Shown here piece by piece: positions 10,301 to 19,691 of a DNA stretch of 64,000 bases. A program made the translations under genes and the position numbers. The DNA is taken from positions 15,808 through 79,807 of the forward strand of contig JAHJIQ010000010.1 in NCBI GenBank assembly GCA_018823285.1. The letters are read 5' to 3'. How positions within the stretch are numbered: position 1 is the first letter of the stretch; the number at the start of each line of letters is the position of its first letter. The notes below the pieces were generated by a model. It was not told the DNA's origin. It ran no database searches and saw nothing but the letters and a program-made list of their open reading frames with translations. This stretch comes from Pseudomonadota bacterium. GTDB taxonomy: Bacteria > Desulfobacterota > Desulfobulbia > Desulfobulbales > JAGXFP01.

Positions 10301-12065
10301 AGAATCTAATGCCACCCAAAATTTTCTCAACGGGTTGCAGAACTATCCATTGCTCAAAGGTATGCAGAGCAATTTGTATAAATGTTTCCTCCCACAGTCA
10401 TGGACTTACAAAAAAAATGATGGAGTTAGTGCCTTTCTACATCCTGAAGGAATTTATGATGACCCCAATGGTGGAATATTCAGAGAAAATGTGTATTCCC
10501 GACTCAGTTATCACTTTCAGTTTGTTAATGTCAAAAAACTTTTCTCAGAAATCCTCCACTGGGTAACATACTCTATCAATATTTACAGGAAATCAAACGA
10601 CTCTCCTGATTTTATAACATTAGCAAACCTCTTTTTGCCAAGGACAATAGACGATTCGCTACAGCACCCTGGATTAGGTACTGTAGGCGGGATCAAGGAT
10701 GGAAATGACAAATGGAACATCACCGGTCATCTCGCTCGAATCATCTCTGTTAGAGAAGAAGAGCTTGCTCTGTTTGCCCGCCTCTACGACGAAACAGGAA
10801 CACCGCCTCTCCAGGCAAAGTTGCCGGCCTTGCACTCTCGCCAGCTTGTTGGCGTGCTTCGTAAGTTCGCCGCACAGCCTAAGCGGCTCGGAGATATACA
10901 GGAAGAATATTATACGACAGTAATGTGGGATGAGACTAATGCTGTCAAGAAGGATCATACCATTCGTAGGGAAACGAGGTTTCCGGAAAGTCCAAGAGAG
11001 TGGATTCTATCCGGGCCTCATTTTTTTGTCGGTAACCCATTGTATAAAACTCCAAATCGCATTTGCAGAAAGCACCATGAATATGCATCCCTTGACCTTA
11101 CATCCTTGCCTGATGATTATTTGCCACGTACAAACTATGTGCCGGATTGCGATGAGGGAGAATATAGACGACGGACACCTTTTTTAAAAAGTACAGAAAA
11201 CAGGAGGCAAGGCACAAAAGTCCCGGTAACAAATTTTTACAGGTTGGTCTACAGGGGAATGCTTTCACAGTCAGGTGAACGTACTCTTACAGGAGCAATC
11301 ATTCCGCCTGAAGTTGCGCATATTAACGGAGCACAAACAACCGCCTTCAGTAATCTACAAAACCTGCTAAGCGCTGCATCAATTGGATTTTCTTTGGTTG
11401 GAGACTTTTACATTAAATCCACAGGCCGATCTAATCTTCATTTTATCTGGGAAAATCTTCCACTACTCGATCTATCTCAAGATATGGCTATACGTATTTT
11501 AACACTTTCCTGCCTTACCAATCATTATGCCGGCCTTTGGCAGGAATGCTGGGATGAAAATTTTCTAAATACTCGATGGGCCAAAATCAACTCTCGTCTT
11601 CCTAACACCTTCTTCGCTAACCAGACCCCTGTCTGGCAACGAAACTACGCTCTGCGCTCTGACTATATACGGCGACAGGCATTAGTGGAGATAGATGTAT
11701 TGGTTGCCCAAGCGCTGGATATTACTTTAGATGAATTGAAAACCATCTATCAAATACAGTTCCCAGTCCTGCGCCAAAATGAAAACGATACATGGTACGA
11801 CCAAAATGGTCGCATCGTCTTCACCTGCTCGAAAGGCCTTCCTGGTGTCGGCTTTTCCCGCCCTGAATGGAATGAAATCAAGGAAATGCACTCCGGCACC
11901 GTCTCCCGCACCATCATCGACGACACCCAACTCGGCGGTCCTGTCGAACGAATCATTACCTATGAAGCCCCCTTCGACCGCTGTGACCGGGAAAAAGATT
12001 ATGAAGTCGTCTGGTCTGAGTTTGAAAGACGCTTCAAGGAATCCGGGGACAAGGGGCAGGTATAA
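7338..12065 (+). CDS. large gamma-class N6-adenine DNA methyltransferase (DrmMI / type IIG-like)
   Basis: 1575 aa. Motifs: YYTPEVL, SAM-binding VCEPAMGSAAFL, VYGVDLNPVAVELAEISLWL, and catalytic LILGNPPW (NPPW at 10140-10151). It is directly adjacent to the next gene (TAAATG). Confidence 0.9.
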   Translation: MAIDITGINNENEFYTHHYLAAILESDLKDVFSEWKRKEDDEAIKPPHKLLGGLRKNFFSALSLLEKERDVGERISIQRGFTRELLEVLGYQSHCRTAELDDAGSVPLLGGISKADGSPDLWIIEAVTGHGEEADPLELMLCEEQYSANDEDAAKFLEVSFEEIITRHIFSMTEPPRWVILVSFSQLLLVDRTKWHEKRLLRFDLREILDRRETSTLQATTALLHRDSICPKDGMPLLDTLDENSHKHAFAVSEDLKYSLRRAIELLGNEAVYYLREKLHEKIYGRDMAQQLTRECLRYMYRLLFLFYIEARPELGYLPDKSEEYRKGYSLEALRDLEMVQLNTEEAMGRFFLHESIQTLFRLLYEGFRPKQRDMFGSHEHHTFHISPLRSHLFNPEQTPILNRVKLRNFVMQEIIELMSLSRAKKGKNTRRGRISYAQLGINQLGAVYEALLSYQGFFAETELYEVKKAGEQYNELETAYFVKPEDIEQYTKDEKVYHQDGSLVKFEKGTFIYRLAGRDREKSASYYTPEVLTKCLVKYALKELLKGKTADEILELTVCEPAMGSAAFLNEAVNQLAKAYLDLKQKEIEQVITHDEYPKELQKVKMYIADNNVYGVDLNPVAVELAEISLWLNTIYEGAFVPWFGMQLVCGNSLIGARRQVFSTKFLKKEKKSDSLWLDEVPVRVMPGEERKADTVYHFLLPDKGMADYKDKVIKEMAGEEIKAINEWRKDFIQPFSKSEIEQLKKLSTAVDKLWKKHTEMQRQIDDRTTDPLQVFGQEKPEEKFRLSTTEDKDRIFQQEIFSKNVGSSSPYRRLKLVMDYWCALWFWPIEKAEMLPSRAEYLFDLTLLLEGNLYDSGADEKGPQLLFPDTRPKQQSLTMIDEFGYVNVDKLCEQNPRLGLVRNIADRYRYIHWELEFANLFESRGGFDLILGNPPWLKVEWNEGGIMGDVEPLFVLRKFSASKLAEMRQITVGKYNLREVYLATFEESNATQNFLNGLQNYPLLKGMQSNLYKCFLPQSWTYKKNDGVSAFLHPEGIYDDPNGGIFRENVYSRLSYHFQFVNVKKLFSEILHWVTYSINIYRKSNDSPDFITLANLFLPRTIDDSLQHPGLGTVGGIKDGNDKWNITGHLARIISVREEELALFARLYDETGTPPLQAKLPALHSRQLVGVLRKFAAQPKRLGDIQEEYYTTVMWDETNAVKKDHTIRRETRFPESPREWILSGPHFFVGNPLYKTPNRICRKHHEYASLDLTSLPDDYLPRTNYVPDCDEGEYRRRTPFLKSTENRRQGTKVPVTNFYRLVYRGMLSQSGERTLTGAIIPPEVAHINGAQTTAFSNLQNLLSAASIGFSLVGDFYIKSTGRSNLHFIWENLPLLDLSQDMAIRILTLSCLTNHYAGLWQECWDENFLNTRWAKINSRLPNTFFANQTPVWQRNYALRSDYIRRQALVEIDVLVAQALDITLDELKTIYQIQFPVLRQNENDTWYDQNGRIVFTCSKGLPGVGFSRPEWNEIKEMHSGTVSRTIIDDTQLGGPVERIITYEAPFDRCDREKDYEVVWSEFERRFKESGDKGQV

Positions 12066-15000
12066 ATGGCCGGATATATTCATGACCCTCTGCAGATCAT
12101 TAACCTTATTGCGGACAACCTGCGTGACCGCTACAAGAGCGGTTTCCCTGTTCTCAAGGAAATCATCCAGAACGCGGACGATGCCGGCTCCACTGACGAT
12201 CCTATCCAGCTTGAATTTGGACTTTCCCGCGGCATCTCCAATGCCGAACACCCACTCCTGAAAGGCCCAGCCCTTTATTTTCTCAATAACGGTGCTTTTG
12301 CAGATACGGATTACAAGGCCATCCTTTCTTTCGGCCTGAACCGTAAGGCCATCGAGCAGTCTTCCATCGGCAAGTTCGGCCTCGGCATGAAGAGTGTTTT
12401 TCACTTCTGCGAAGCCTTTTTCTTTCTGGCCCAAAACAAGGACAGGGACTATACAGAAATTCTTAATCCATGGTCCGGCGGTGATTTATCCTCCTTTCAA
12501 GATCACAATGACTGGGACAATTTTTCCACCTCCGATGCCGGTTTGATCCGTGACCATGTTCAACCCGTTATGGAAGAGATGGACTTAAAAGGGTCTTCTT
12601 TTCTGCTGTGGCTACCATTGCGGCAAAAAAAACACCTACTGGTGAATGGCAAAGAGGTTGGTAGCATTATTTCTGAGTTTCCCGGAGACAACGATCATCT
12701 CCTTTCTTTTCTTGATCAGCAAGAACTTGCCCAAAAGATCGCCTCTCTACTGCCTTTATTACGCCGAATCAACAGTATCCGTTTCTGGCATGCCAACGGT
12801 GACGCCACTGTGGCTTCTCCGCGCTTTCAGGTCTCCATGAAAGGGGCAAGCCGCATCGGGTTTGCGAATGGAGAATACCAGTCGAAAGACCTCGAAGGGG
12901 TTGTTCACTATCAGTATAACGGCATGGAAGATAATTTGTATGCCCTGACTTATTCTGGCCAGGAAAAACTTCTGGAGATCCCTGAGCTGCTTTCACTTCG
13001 GGAGTCCCCTCTCTGGCCCAAGAGTTACGTTCGGGATGATCTTGGTAAGAGCCAGGAAGCGCCGGATAAGGCACGGGGACATGGCGCGGTTATCTTCTCG
13101 CGCTCCAATGAAAAAGAACAGGGCCGGTTAAAGATCCGCTGGGCGGTTTTTTTGCCGGTGGATGCTGCCAAGGAAGAAGTTGCCTGTGCAGGTGAAAGTT
13201 GCTACCGGATTACCTTGCACGGTTACTTTTTTGTTGATGCCGGACGGGTAGACATCGAAGGGCTACAAGATGGCGCCGATCAAGTCGATCTCACTGCCGT
13301 TCCTCAAAACGAGGTAGAATTGCGGCGGGTCTGGAATATCCGGTTAGCCAGACAGGGAACCCTGCCGCTCGTCCTCCCTGCTTTGGAGGCTTTTATCGCC
13401 AAGGCACGCCTTTCCGCCGATGACATCTGGAATCTCAGTGAGGGAATAGAGAAGTCTAAACTTTTCAAGCGGCACAAGGAAAGTATCTGTGCAAGTTCCT
13501 CCTGGACTTGCTGCCTGAACCAAAAGGGACGGGAATGGTGCATCCTGCCCGGTGATCAGGAAAATCTCCCCTTGCCTGGTCCACCACTATCTGCTCCCGA
13601 GCGGCCATGGAAAACCCTTCCCAAGCTGGAATTACTCCAGGAGCGTGGTATTGCACTCCTTCTAAAGGATGCCCCTCATCTCCTTGCCCGTTCTTTGCCA
13701 CAATGGAACGAGGCAAATCTTTTAGAAGTATTGTCTCTTCCGGAAAAAAAAGTCTTCACAGATCAGGGTTGCCTTGATTATTTGCTTCAATTCATGGCGG
13801 ATCCTTCCATCAAGCCGTTTTTGACTGTAGGCAGTTTACAGCAAAGATTGCGACAGATTGCCAACCATGCCTTTATTGCTCTGGGAACCGATCTACGCCA
13901 ACATAGAAAGAAGGTTCAGGAATTTGTCTCCTTCATCCTGCCGGAAAGTCGCTTCGCCTTGAAACCGGATGCGCCGCAGGTTATTCGCGAGTTGCAGCAG
14001 TGTAAAACCGGAGTGCTGATCCTGGCAAACGAATTTGACTCGCATGATAGCGCCGGGAATGCTCGTCTTACCATTGAGGACGCCTTTACCCTACTCGAGA
14101 AGCTCCATGATCTGATTACCCGCTACGAACATCGTAATGAGCAGGAAATAATCAAGCATTGCCGCACCATTGCCAAGGAAATCCTGCAAGGCCAGAACGA
14201 GGAGCAACGCCGGACGCTTCTTGTTCAGGCTGATGGGCTGAAAATCCTTGAAGGTGTAGATTGTATTAAGCGAAAGGTTGTGGCCTTGTCACCAGCTGAT
14301 CTGAAAGATCGCTACGACAATCAGCTTCTCTTCCTATATTCCCAGGGAACGACTTCATCCCAACGCTTGGGACTAGCCTTGAGTTTGCAAAAGGCCGTCC
14401 GGGAACCTGTTGTGTTAACAAGTCGTGAAACGATAAAATTTGTGTTTGGAGAAAACTGTAAACTCACTCCATGCACGGCTGATGGGGTTCTTGATTCCCT
14501 TGGGTCTGAAATCCTGCCATTGCAGACAATTGACAACAGACGTCAACTGCTCCCGGATGTGGCAGGGGCCGATCTTGACTTGCCAAGACGGGTTCGTGGG
14601 CTGAGATATCTTCTTCATGGCCTTGAGGAGTATTTTGATGACGATGAAACACTCTGGGTTTCGGGATACGACCAGAGTCCTGTCTGGGGAAAACTCTGGC
14701 AACAGCTTGAAAGCCACCATGAGGACGGCTGGAACCTTTTGGATAGAAAGCTGGTTGAGGAGATCCCGCCAAACAAGTGGCCGAAGCTTGCGATCCGTGA
14801 AATCAAACCGGACGGCATTCTGGAGGAACTTCGCATCAAAGGGCCAGGAAGCATAACCGGCGATCTATTCATCCCCGATGAGCGTGATGCTGTCTTGCGC
14901 GAACTTGTCAGTGATGAGGAACTCTGGAAGAATCTGCCGTTCCACGAAACGGTCATGGGGAATCTGGTATCCATCAGCGCCGAAAAATCATACCTTGAAA

Positions 15001-18000
15001 GCAGTATTCTCCTTCCTGATGAGTTGCACAATAGCGCTGATATCATCAAGAGTTCAAATGACTCTGCGATTAGAAGGCAGCAGAAAGAATGGCTTACACC
15101 CCTTTCCAAAGAAGGTGTCATTCGGATTGTTATGCAACATGAGGAACCGGCCAAATTCTGGCGGCTGGTGATGGACAACCTAGAAGCCGGAACCAGTCTT
15201 ATTCGCAGCCCCTTGCTCCGGGATACTCCCTGGCTGCCTGACAGTAATCTTGTTTCGGTGAAACCCTCGGATGTGCTGTGCCTGGAGAACATGCAGGATG
15301 AAGTGGACAGACTGCTGGTGGTTGCCCGAGGAGCTTTCTGGTCTCCTGGCAAGCTGCTAGACGATCTGCAGCAGCACCAATCCTTTGCGCTCCTAAAAGA
15401 ACACTCTTTTGCCATAGGCCAGGAAGGCTTTGAGAAACTGGCGCTGCTTCTTGGCGAAACCAGCGAATATCATGTGGGAACAATCATCTATCAGGAAGAT
15501 GATTTTGACCGGATCGTCCGGATATGTGCCCGATTCCCGGTTCATCTTAGCCTACCTGGCTGGGTCTTGCTCTCCTGCGCTCTGGACAACTCGAAAGAAA
15601 TGGCGAAGGAATTTCTTTTGACCGAGATCATGCAACCGATTGAAGGTGAGCGAATTGTCGCCATCCTGAACTGGCTGCAGGAAGAACATGTCAAGGTGGG
15701 CAAAGGCGTAAAGAAAGATTTACTTGCCTCCTTTAATTCCTATCTGGCTGCCTTGGTTAACATAGAGGGTGGGACGGACATCATATCCAGACTATCATTG
15801 CTCAACCGCGATGGTGATTGGAAACCGGCAAAGGAACTTTGTTCCGAGGCTGAAGGGGTGGCAGACAGTCATCTCCTGGATGATGAACAGAAACGTATTT
15901 TACGGAATATTATTTTTCATGCTGATCGCCAGCAGGCTACAGAAGATGAAAAAATTCCAAGTAAAAGGGATCTGCAACCGGAAATTACGGCTTCCGCTGA
16001 TCAACTTGAAACATTTTTTTCTGAATGGGAGGGACTTGTCGCCCCTGAAATTATTTGCGCATTTCTCTCGCTTCTCGGGGATGACCCTAAGATGTTAGCC
16101 CTGGCGGAAAGATACCGAGGCAGGCATTCCGTGAATTGGGTGCGTGATAATATCCCTTGGCAGATTCATCACCGTAACGATGAACTGAATCGCCAAGAGT
16201 GGCTGTATGGGCTGAATCAACATCAGGCTATGGCCCAGCATCGTTTTATAATCCGCTGCTCTGATGGCGACATGGTCCAAACCTGTTCCATTCTTGGTGG
16301 AGAAATAGAGGTTCCCCTGAAGAGCCGTTTTTCTACGTTGATAACCGGCGGCCTTTTTTATGAGTATCCCGACGGACAGATCAACAACGTGCGTATTTCT
16401 TTGCGACGCCCATGTGTCGAGGATCTCTCTCCGACAGAGCTTTCTGGGGTGCTTAAGGCTTCAGCTGAATATCTCCTTAAAAAGGCTTTTAACCAGCGAG
16501 ATTACGACCTGGGGCGGCTTTGGGAGGAGCTAGATCGCTCGGAACAACTCGATATCCGCATCGCTCAGCAACTTGTCCTGAACCATATTCCCTTTTATCT
16601 GCGTCAAATGGGTTGGCATAAGCACCCCATTCTTCAGAATCTCCTGAATCAATGGGATGATGCTTGTCGTAACAAAGAAGAATATTACGAAACCAAAGAT
16701 AAAAGAGATATTTATGATGGCGAGATACGGGATGTTCTTAAAAAAATACAAGAGCTGTTAAAAACGGATGAAGATGTCCAAGCTGCTGTCTTGAATGCGG
16801 TGCGGACTAAGATCGTTGATTTTCAATATTCGACTGCCAGTATTCCTTTCGAGCTATTTCAAAACGCCGATGATGCTGTAGTCGAGCTAGCCATGATGAA
16901 GGCCTACCCCAAAACTCCGGCTGAGATGGGTGATGAAATTCTCCCCGACCATGTCAGACGTTTCCTGATAATTGAACAGGACAATTCTTTGCTGATAGCC
17001 CATTGGGGTCGGCCGGTCAACGAGTTCGGTAGTGCGGGTTTCCCCGGTAGGGAAAGAGGCTTCCATCAAGACCTCGAAAAAATGCTGGTACTCTCTTCAT
17101 CTGATAAGTCGGAAGAAGGTAAGGTGACTGGAAAGTTCGGTCTGGGATTTAAGAGTGTTCTGTTAGCCAGTGAAAGGCCCAGGTTGTTGAGCGGCAGACT
17201 GGCAACGGAAATCATAGCAGGTCTCTGCCCAATTCTGCTCAAGGATTCGGCGCAGCTTCGCAGCAAGCTCCATGAACTTTCTCCGGATAGGAGATGGCAG
17301 GGAACTCTTCTTGAATTACCGCTAAAAGATAGTACGCCACAGGAAATCATGTCGCCCTTTTCCCAGCTGGCAGGGGTCATGACCATCTTTTCAAAACAGA
17401 TCCGCCGGATCGATATTCATGGCAACACCAATCAAGCCTGGGAGTGGGCGCCGGAGAAGATTTCCCTGGCTGACGATGCATGTCTTGAACTTGGTCAATT
17501 GCCTATGCCGGAAGGGCTGCACCAGAGCGGGTTTGCTGTCTATTTCAAACTTCATGACGGTGGAATACTCCTTGCCGTAGGGCCAGAAGGCTTCCGGGTG
17601 TTGCCGGTTGAATTGCCAGCTATCTGGGTTGTTGCGCCAACCAGGGAAAGTGAGGGGCTAGGGTTCGCCGTCAACTGCATGTTTGACCTGGATGCCGGGC
17701 GTGCCAGACTCGCAGGTAACAGTAACGTAAACAAACAAAAGGCACAGAACCTTGGCAGATCATTCGGACAGGCCTTACGAAAACTCTATGGGATGTCTCT
17801 GGTGCAATGGGATGATTTGAAAGCCAATTTTCGTTTTGAGGAGGATCTTACTACTTACGATTTTTGGGCAACGCTATGGAAAGTAATCGGCGAAGGCATA
17901 CAGGCCCGTGGAAGTGAAGAGGTAAGTAACCTGGTGTCACAATTGTTCTGTGGTGACAATGGACTCGGGTATCTGATTTCGCACGAAGACGCCATGCCAA

Positions 18001-19682
18001 ATGGACTCTGGAATAACTATCGAACATTGACCAGGCCGGATAAAATCCAGGTTGTCCTTAAGGGAAACCTGGGGAATGCCTTTATCTTCAAGGAACTCGT
18101 TGAATGGGAGTTTTTCCGCAATTTCCTTGGGGCCCCGGAATCGGTGACAACGGATGCTGTTTACACTGTTGCACGAAAGGTATTCCCCGCTCTTGGCCAG
18201 GCAAAAAGTCAATGGCGATCAGTGCAGCTTGCTGATGTACTCCGAAGTTTTTCTGAAACAGAGAAGGAAATTTCACCGGACACAGCCGTCATTTTAGGCA
18301 GATTATTGAACCACGATGCTTTGAAGCACGAAGATTTTGAAAAAGAAAAAGAATTAATAGGGCAAGCCTTGCACTCCTTTTTATTCAAAACTCAGGATGC
18401 TTCTTTTCACTCTGCCGATGAAATTCTTGTTCTTCAAAAACACAGCCAGGCTAACCCGGATGAAGCAAAGCGAGCTGCATTTGCCCCTGAAAACCATATT
18501 CTCTTCAGGGAATATCAAGGTACAGGACTGGATTTTTTCTTTTCGTGCCGGGAGAAAATTTCCATTCCGCTGGAGAAGATGGCCCAATGGGTAATTGATG
18601 CGGAAGGGAATGAGAAAAAGGAAAAAGCTTTACTCTATCTTCTTGAAGGCGAGCATGGCGAAAAAGTTGCGCATCTTTTGAGGGAAAATGGGATTAATGG
18701 AACGTGGTTAAGGGAGTTGAGGCCTAATTCGTTGATATTCACCGGCTGGAAAGATGATGATATTACCGAGTTGCTTTTAAGAAAATTACCTTCCACAGTC
18801 GAGCTACTTGATTCAAATAGAGGATGGGATGAAGAAGCTGATATGGACGACATCCCAGCCCCCCTTGATCCAGGTCTCGCCCTTAATAAGATTTGGGACT
18901 GGTGGGCGACAAATAAGAACGACCTTTTGAAAAGGTATTACGATCACACTTTTCCTATGGGAGCTATTCCTAGTCTGCAAGTGGATGATGTCGGGCAGAC
19001 AAATCGCTCATCCTGGCTGATATTATTTGTTCTTGCCCATCTCCACACCATGGGCCGCCAACAAAACTACCACCACCGAAGCTTTATAGAGTTATGCATG
19101 AGTAAGGGGTGGTGGCAAACTTTTGCAGCGAAAAACCCGCAAGGCAGATCTGATGAATGGATGAAGGTTCTAGATGAATATATAGATGAGCAGATTGACA
19201 GCAGTTCATACGAACATTGGATGAATCGCTTCCCAGCAATCTACCGCATTGCAAGGGGGATTGACGATTATACAGAGCTGTTACTGAGCCTAGATAGATA
19301 TACAGGTAAAGATAATATTGGGAAACTTTTACAGCCAAGTGCAAATTCTCAATATCAGGGTGGAGGAATAAGTGCTCCCCCGATCAACAAAACATTAGGG
19401 TATGGGATCTGTTTTGCTATTAGAGAATTGAGCCGTTGTGGTGTCTTGAAAAATGAACACGTCACCCCCTATTGCTATGTCCCCGTTAAGAGAGTGCGAG
19501 GGTTATGCCTACTGCTTGATAACAAAGAGGTCGGCGATGTTCCTTTTGAATCATCTCGCCTCATCCACCAAATGCTTTGTCAGTATCTTGGACCGGAAAA
19601 GGCGACTTTTGAGGGATGCTTCGACATCCCACTGCAAATCCTTTCTGAAGATAAAGACTTGCTGCAAGAAATGCTCAAATAG
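12066..19682 (+). CDS. giant protein with two sacsin-type GHKL (Hsp90/MORC-like) ATPase modules
   Basis: 2538 aa. Bergerat-fold N-box KEIIQNADDAGS is near aa 31, followed by GKFGLGMKSVFHF. A second copy, ELFQNADDAVVEL, is at about aa 1596 (nt 16851-16889), followed by GKFGLGFKSVLLAS. Confidence 0.8.
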   Translation: MAGYIHDPLQIINLIADNLRDRYKSGFPVLKEIIQNADDAGSTDDPIQLEFGLSRGISNAEHPLLKGPALYFLNNGAFADTDYKAILSFGLNRKAIEQSSIGKFGLGMKSVFHFCEAFFFLAQNKDRDYTEILNPWSGGDLSSFQDHNDWDNFSTSDAGLIRDHVQPVMEEMDLKGSSFLLWLPLRQKKHLLVNGKEVGSIISEFPGDNDHLLSFLDQQELAQKIASLLPLLRRINSIRFWHANGDATVASPRFQVSMKGASRIGFANGEYQSKDLEGVVHYQYNGMEDNLYALTYSGQEKLLEIPELLSLRESPLWPKSYVRDDLGKSQEAPDKARGHGAVIFSRSNEKEQGRLKIRWAVFLPVDAAKEEVACAGESCYRITLHGYFFVDAGRVDIEGLQDGADQVDLTAVPQNEVELRRVWNIRLARQGTLPLVLPALEAFIAKARLSADDIWNLSEGIEKSKLFKRHKESICASSSWTCCLNQKGREWCILPGDQENLPLPGPPLSAPERPWKTLPKLELLQERGIALLLKDAPHLLARSLPQWNEANLLEVLSLPEKKVFTDQGCLDYLLQFMADPSIKPFLTVGSLQQRLRQIANHAFIALGTDLRQHRKKVQEFVSFILPESRFALKPDAPQVIRELQQCKTGVLILANEFDSHDSAGNARLTIEDAFTLLEKLHDLITRYEHRNEQEIIKHCRTIAKEILQGQNEEQRRTLLVQADGLKILEGVDCIKRKVVALSPADLKDRYDNQLLFLYSQGTTSSQRLGLALSLQKAVREPVVLTSRETIKFVFGENCKLTPCTADGVLDSLGSEILPLQTIDNRRQLLPDVAGADLDLPRRVRGLRYLLHGLEEYFDDDETLWVSGYDQSPVWGKLWQQLESHHEDGWNLLDRKLVEEIPPNKWPKLAIREIKPDGILEELRIKGPGSITGDLFIPDERDAVLRELVSDEELWKNLPFHETVMGNLVSISAEKSYLESSILLPDELHNSADIIKSSNDSAIRRQQKEWLTPLSKEGVIRIVMQHEEPAKFWRLVMDNLEAGTSLIRSPLLRDTPWLPDSNLVSVKPSDVLCLENMQDEVDRLLVVARGAFWSPGKLLDDLQQHQSFALLKEHSFAIGQEGFEKLALLLGETSEYHVGTIIYQEDDFDRIVRICARFPVHLSLPGWVLLSCALDNSKEMAKEFLLTEIMQPIEGERIVAILNWLQEEHVKVGKGVKKDLLASFNSYLAALVNIEGGTDIISRLSLLNRDGDWKPAKELCSEAEGVADSHLLDDEQKRILRNIIFHADRQQATEDEKIPSKRDLQPEITASADQLETFFSEWEGLVAPEIICAFLSLLGDDPKMLALAERYRGRHSVNWVRDNIPWQIHHRNDELNRQEWLYGLNQHQAMAQHRFIIRCSDGDMVQTCSILGGEIEVPLKSRFSTLITGGLFYEYPDGQINNVRISLRRPCVEDLSPTELSGVLKASAEYLLKKAFNQRDYDLGRLWEELDRSEQLDIRIAQQLVLNHIPFYLRQMGWHKHPILQNLLNQWDDACRNKEEYYETKDKRDIYDGEIRDVLKKIQELLKTDEDVQAAVLNAVRTKIVDFQYSTASIPFELFQNADDAVVELAMMKAYPKTPAEMGDEILPDHVRRFLIIEQDNSLLIAHWGRPVNEFGSAGFPGRERGFHQDLEKMLVLSSSDKSEEGKVTGKFGLGFKSVLLASERPRLLSGRLATEIIAGLCPILLKDSAQLRSKLHELSPDRRWQGTLLELPLKDSTPQEIMSPFSQLAGVMTIFSKQIRRIDIHGNTNQAWEWAPEKISLADDACLELGQLPMPEGLHQSGFAVYFKLHDGGILLAVGPEGFRVLPVELPAIWVVAPTRESEGLGFAVNCMFDLDAGRARLAGNSNVNKQKAQNLGRSFGQALRKLYGMSLVQWDDLKANFRFEEDLTTYDFWATLWKVIGEGIQARGSEEVSNLVSQLFCGDNGLGYLISHEDAMPNGLWNNYRTLTRPDKIQVVLKGNLGNAFIFKELVEWEFFRNFLGAPESVTTDAVYTVARKVFPALGQAKSQWRSVQLADVLRSFSETEKEISPDTAVILGRLLNHDALKHEDFEKEKELIGQALHSFLFKTQDASFHSADEILVLQKHSQANPDEAKRAAFAPENHILFREYQGTGLDFFFSCREKISIPLEKMAQWVIDAEGNEKKEKALLYLLEGEHGEKVAHLLRENGINGTWLRELRPNSLIFTGWKDDDITELLLRKLPSTVELLDSNRGWDEEADMDDIPAPLDPGLALNKIWDWWATNKNDLLKRYYDHTFPMGAIPSLQVDDVGQTNRSSWLILFVLAHLHTMGRQQNYHHRSFIELCMSKGWWQTFAAKNPQGRSDEWMKVLDEYIDEQIDSSSYEHWMNRFPAIYRIARGIDDYTELLLSLDRYTGKDNIGKLLQPSANSQYQGGGISAPPINKTLGYGICFAIRELSRCGVLKNEHVTPYCYVPVKRVRGLCLLLDNKEVGDVPFESSRLIHQMLCQYLGPEKATFEGCFDIPLQILSEDKDLLQEMLK

Positions 19683-19691
19683 GAGAGAATT

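Noticed and set aside
12625-12632. A8 runs in coding sequence here, and also at 10410-10417 and 13744-13751.
   Set aside because: All encode Lys-Lys (AAA AAA) in frame. They are expected by chance in genes of this size and are not evidence for programmed slippage.
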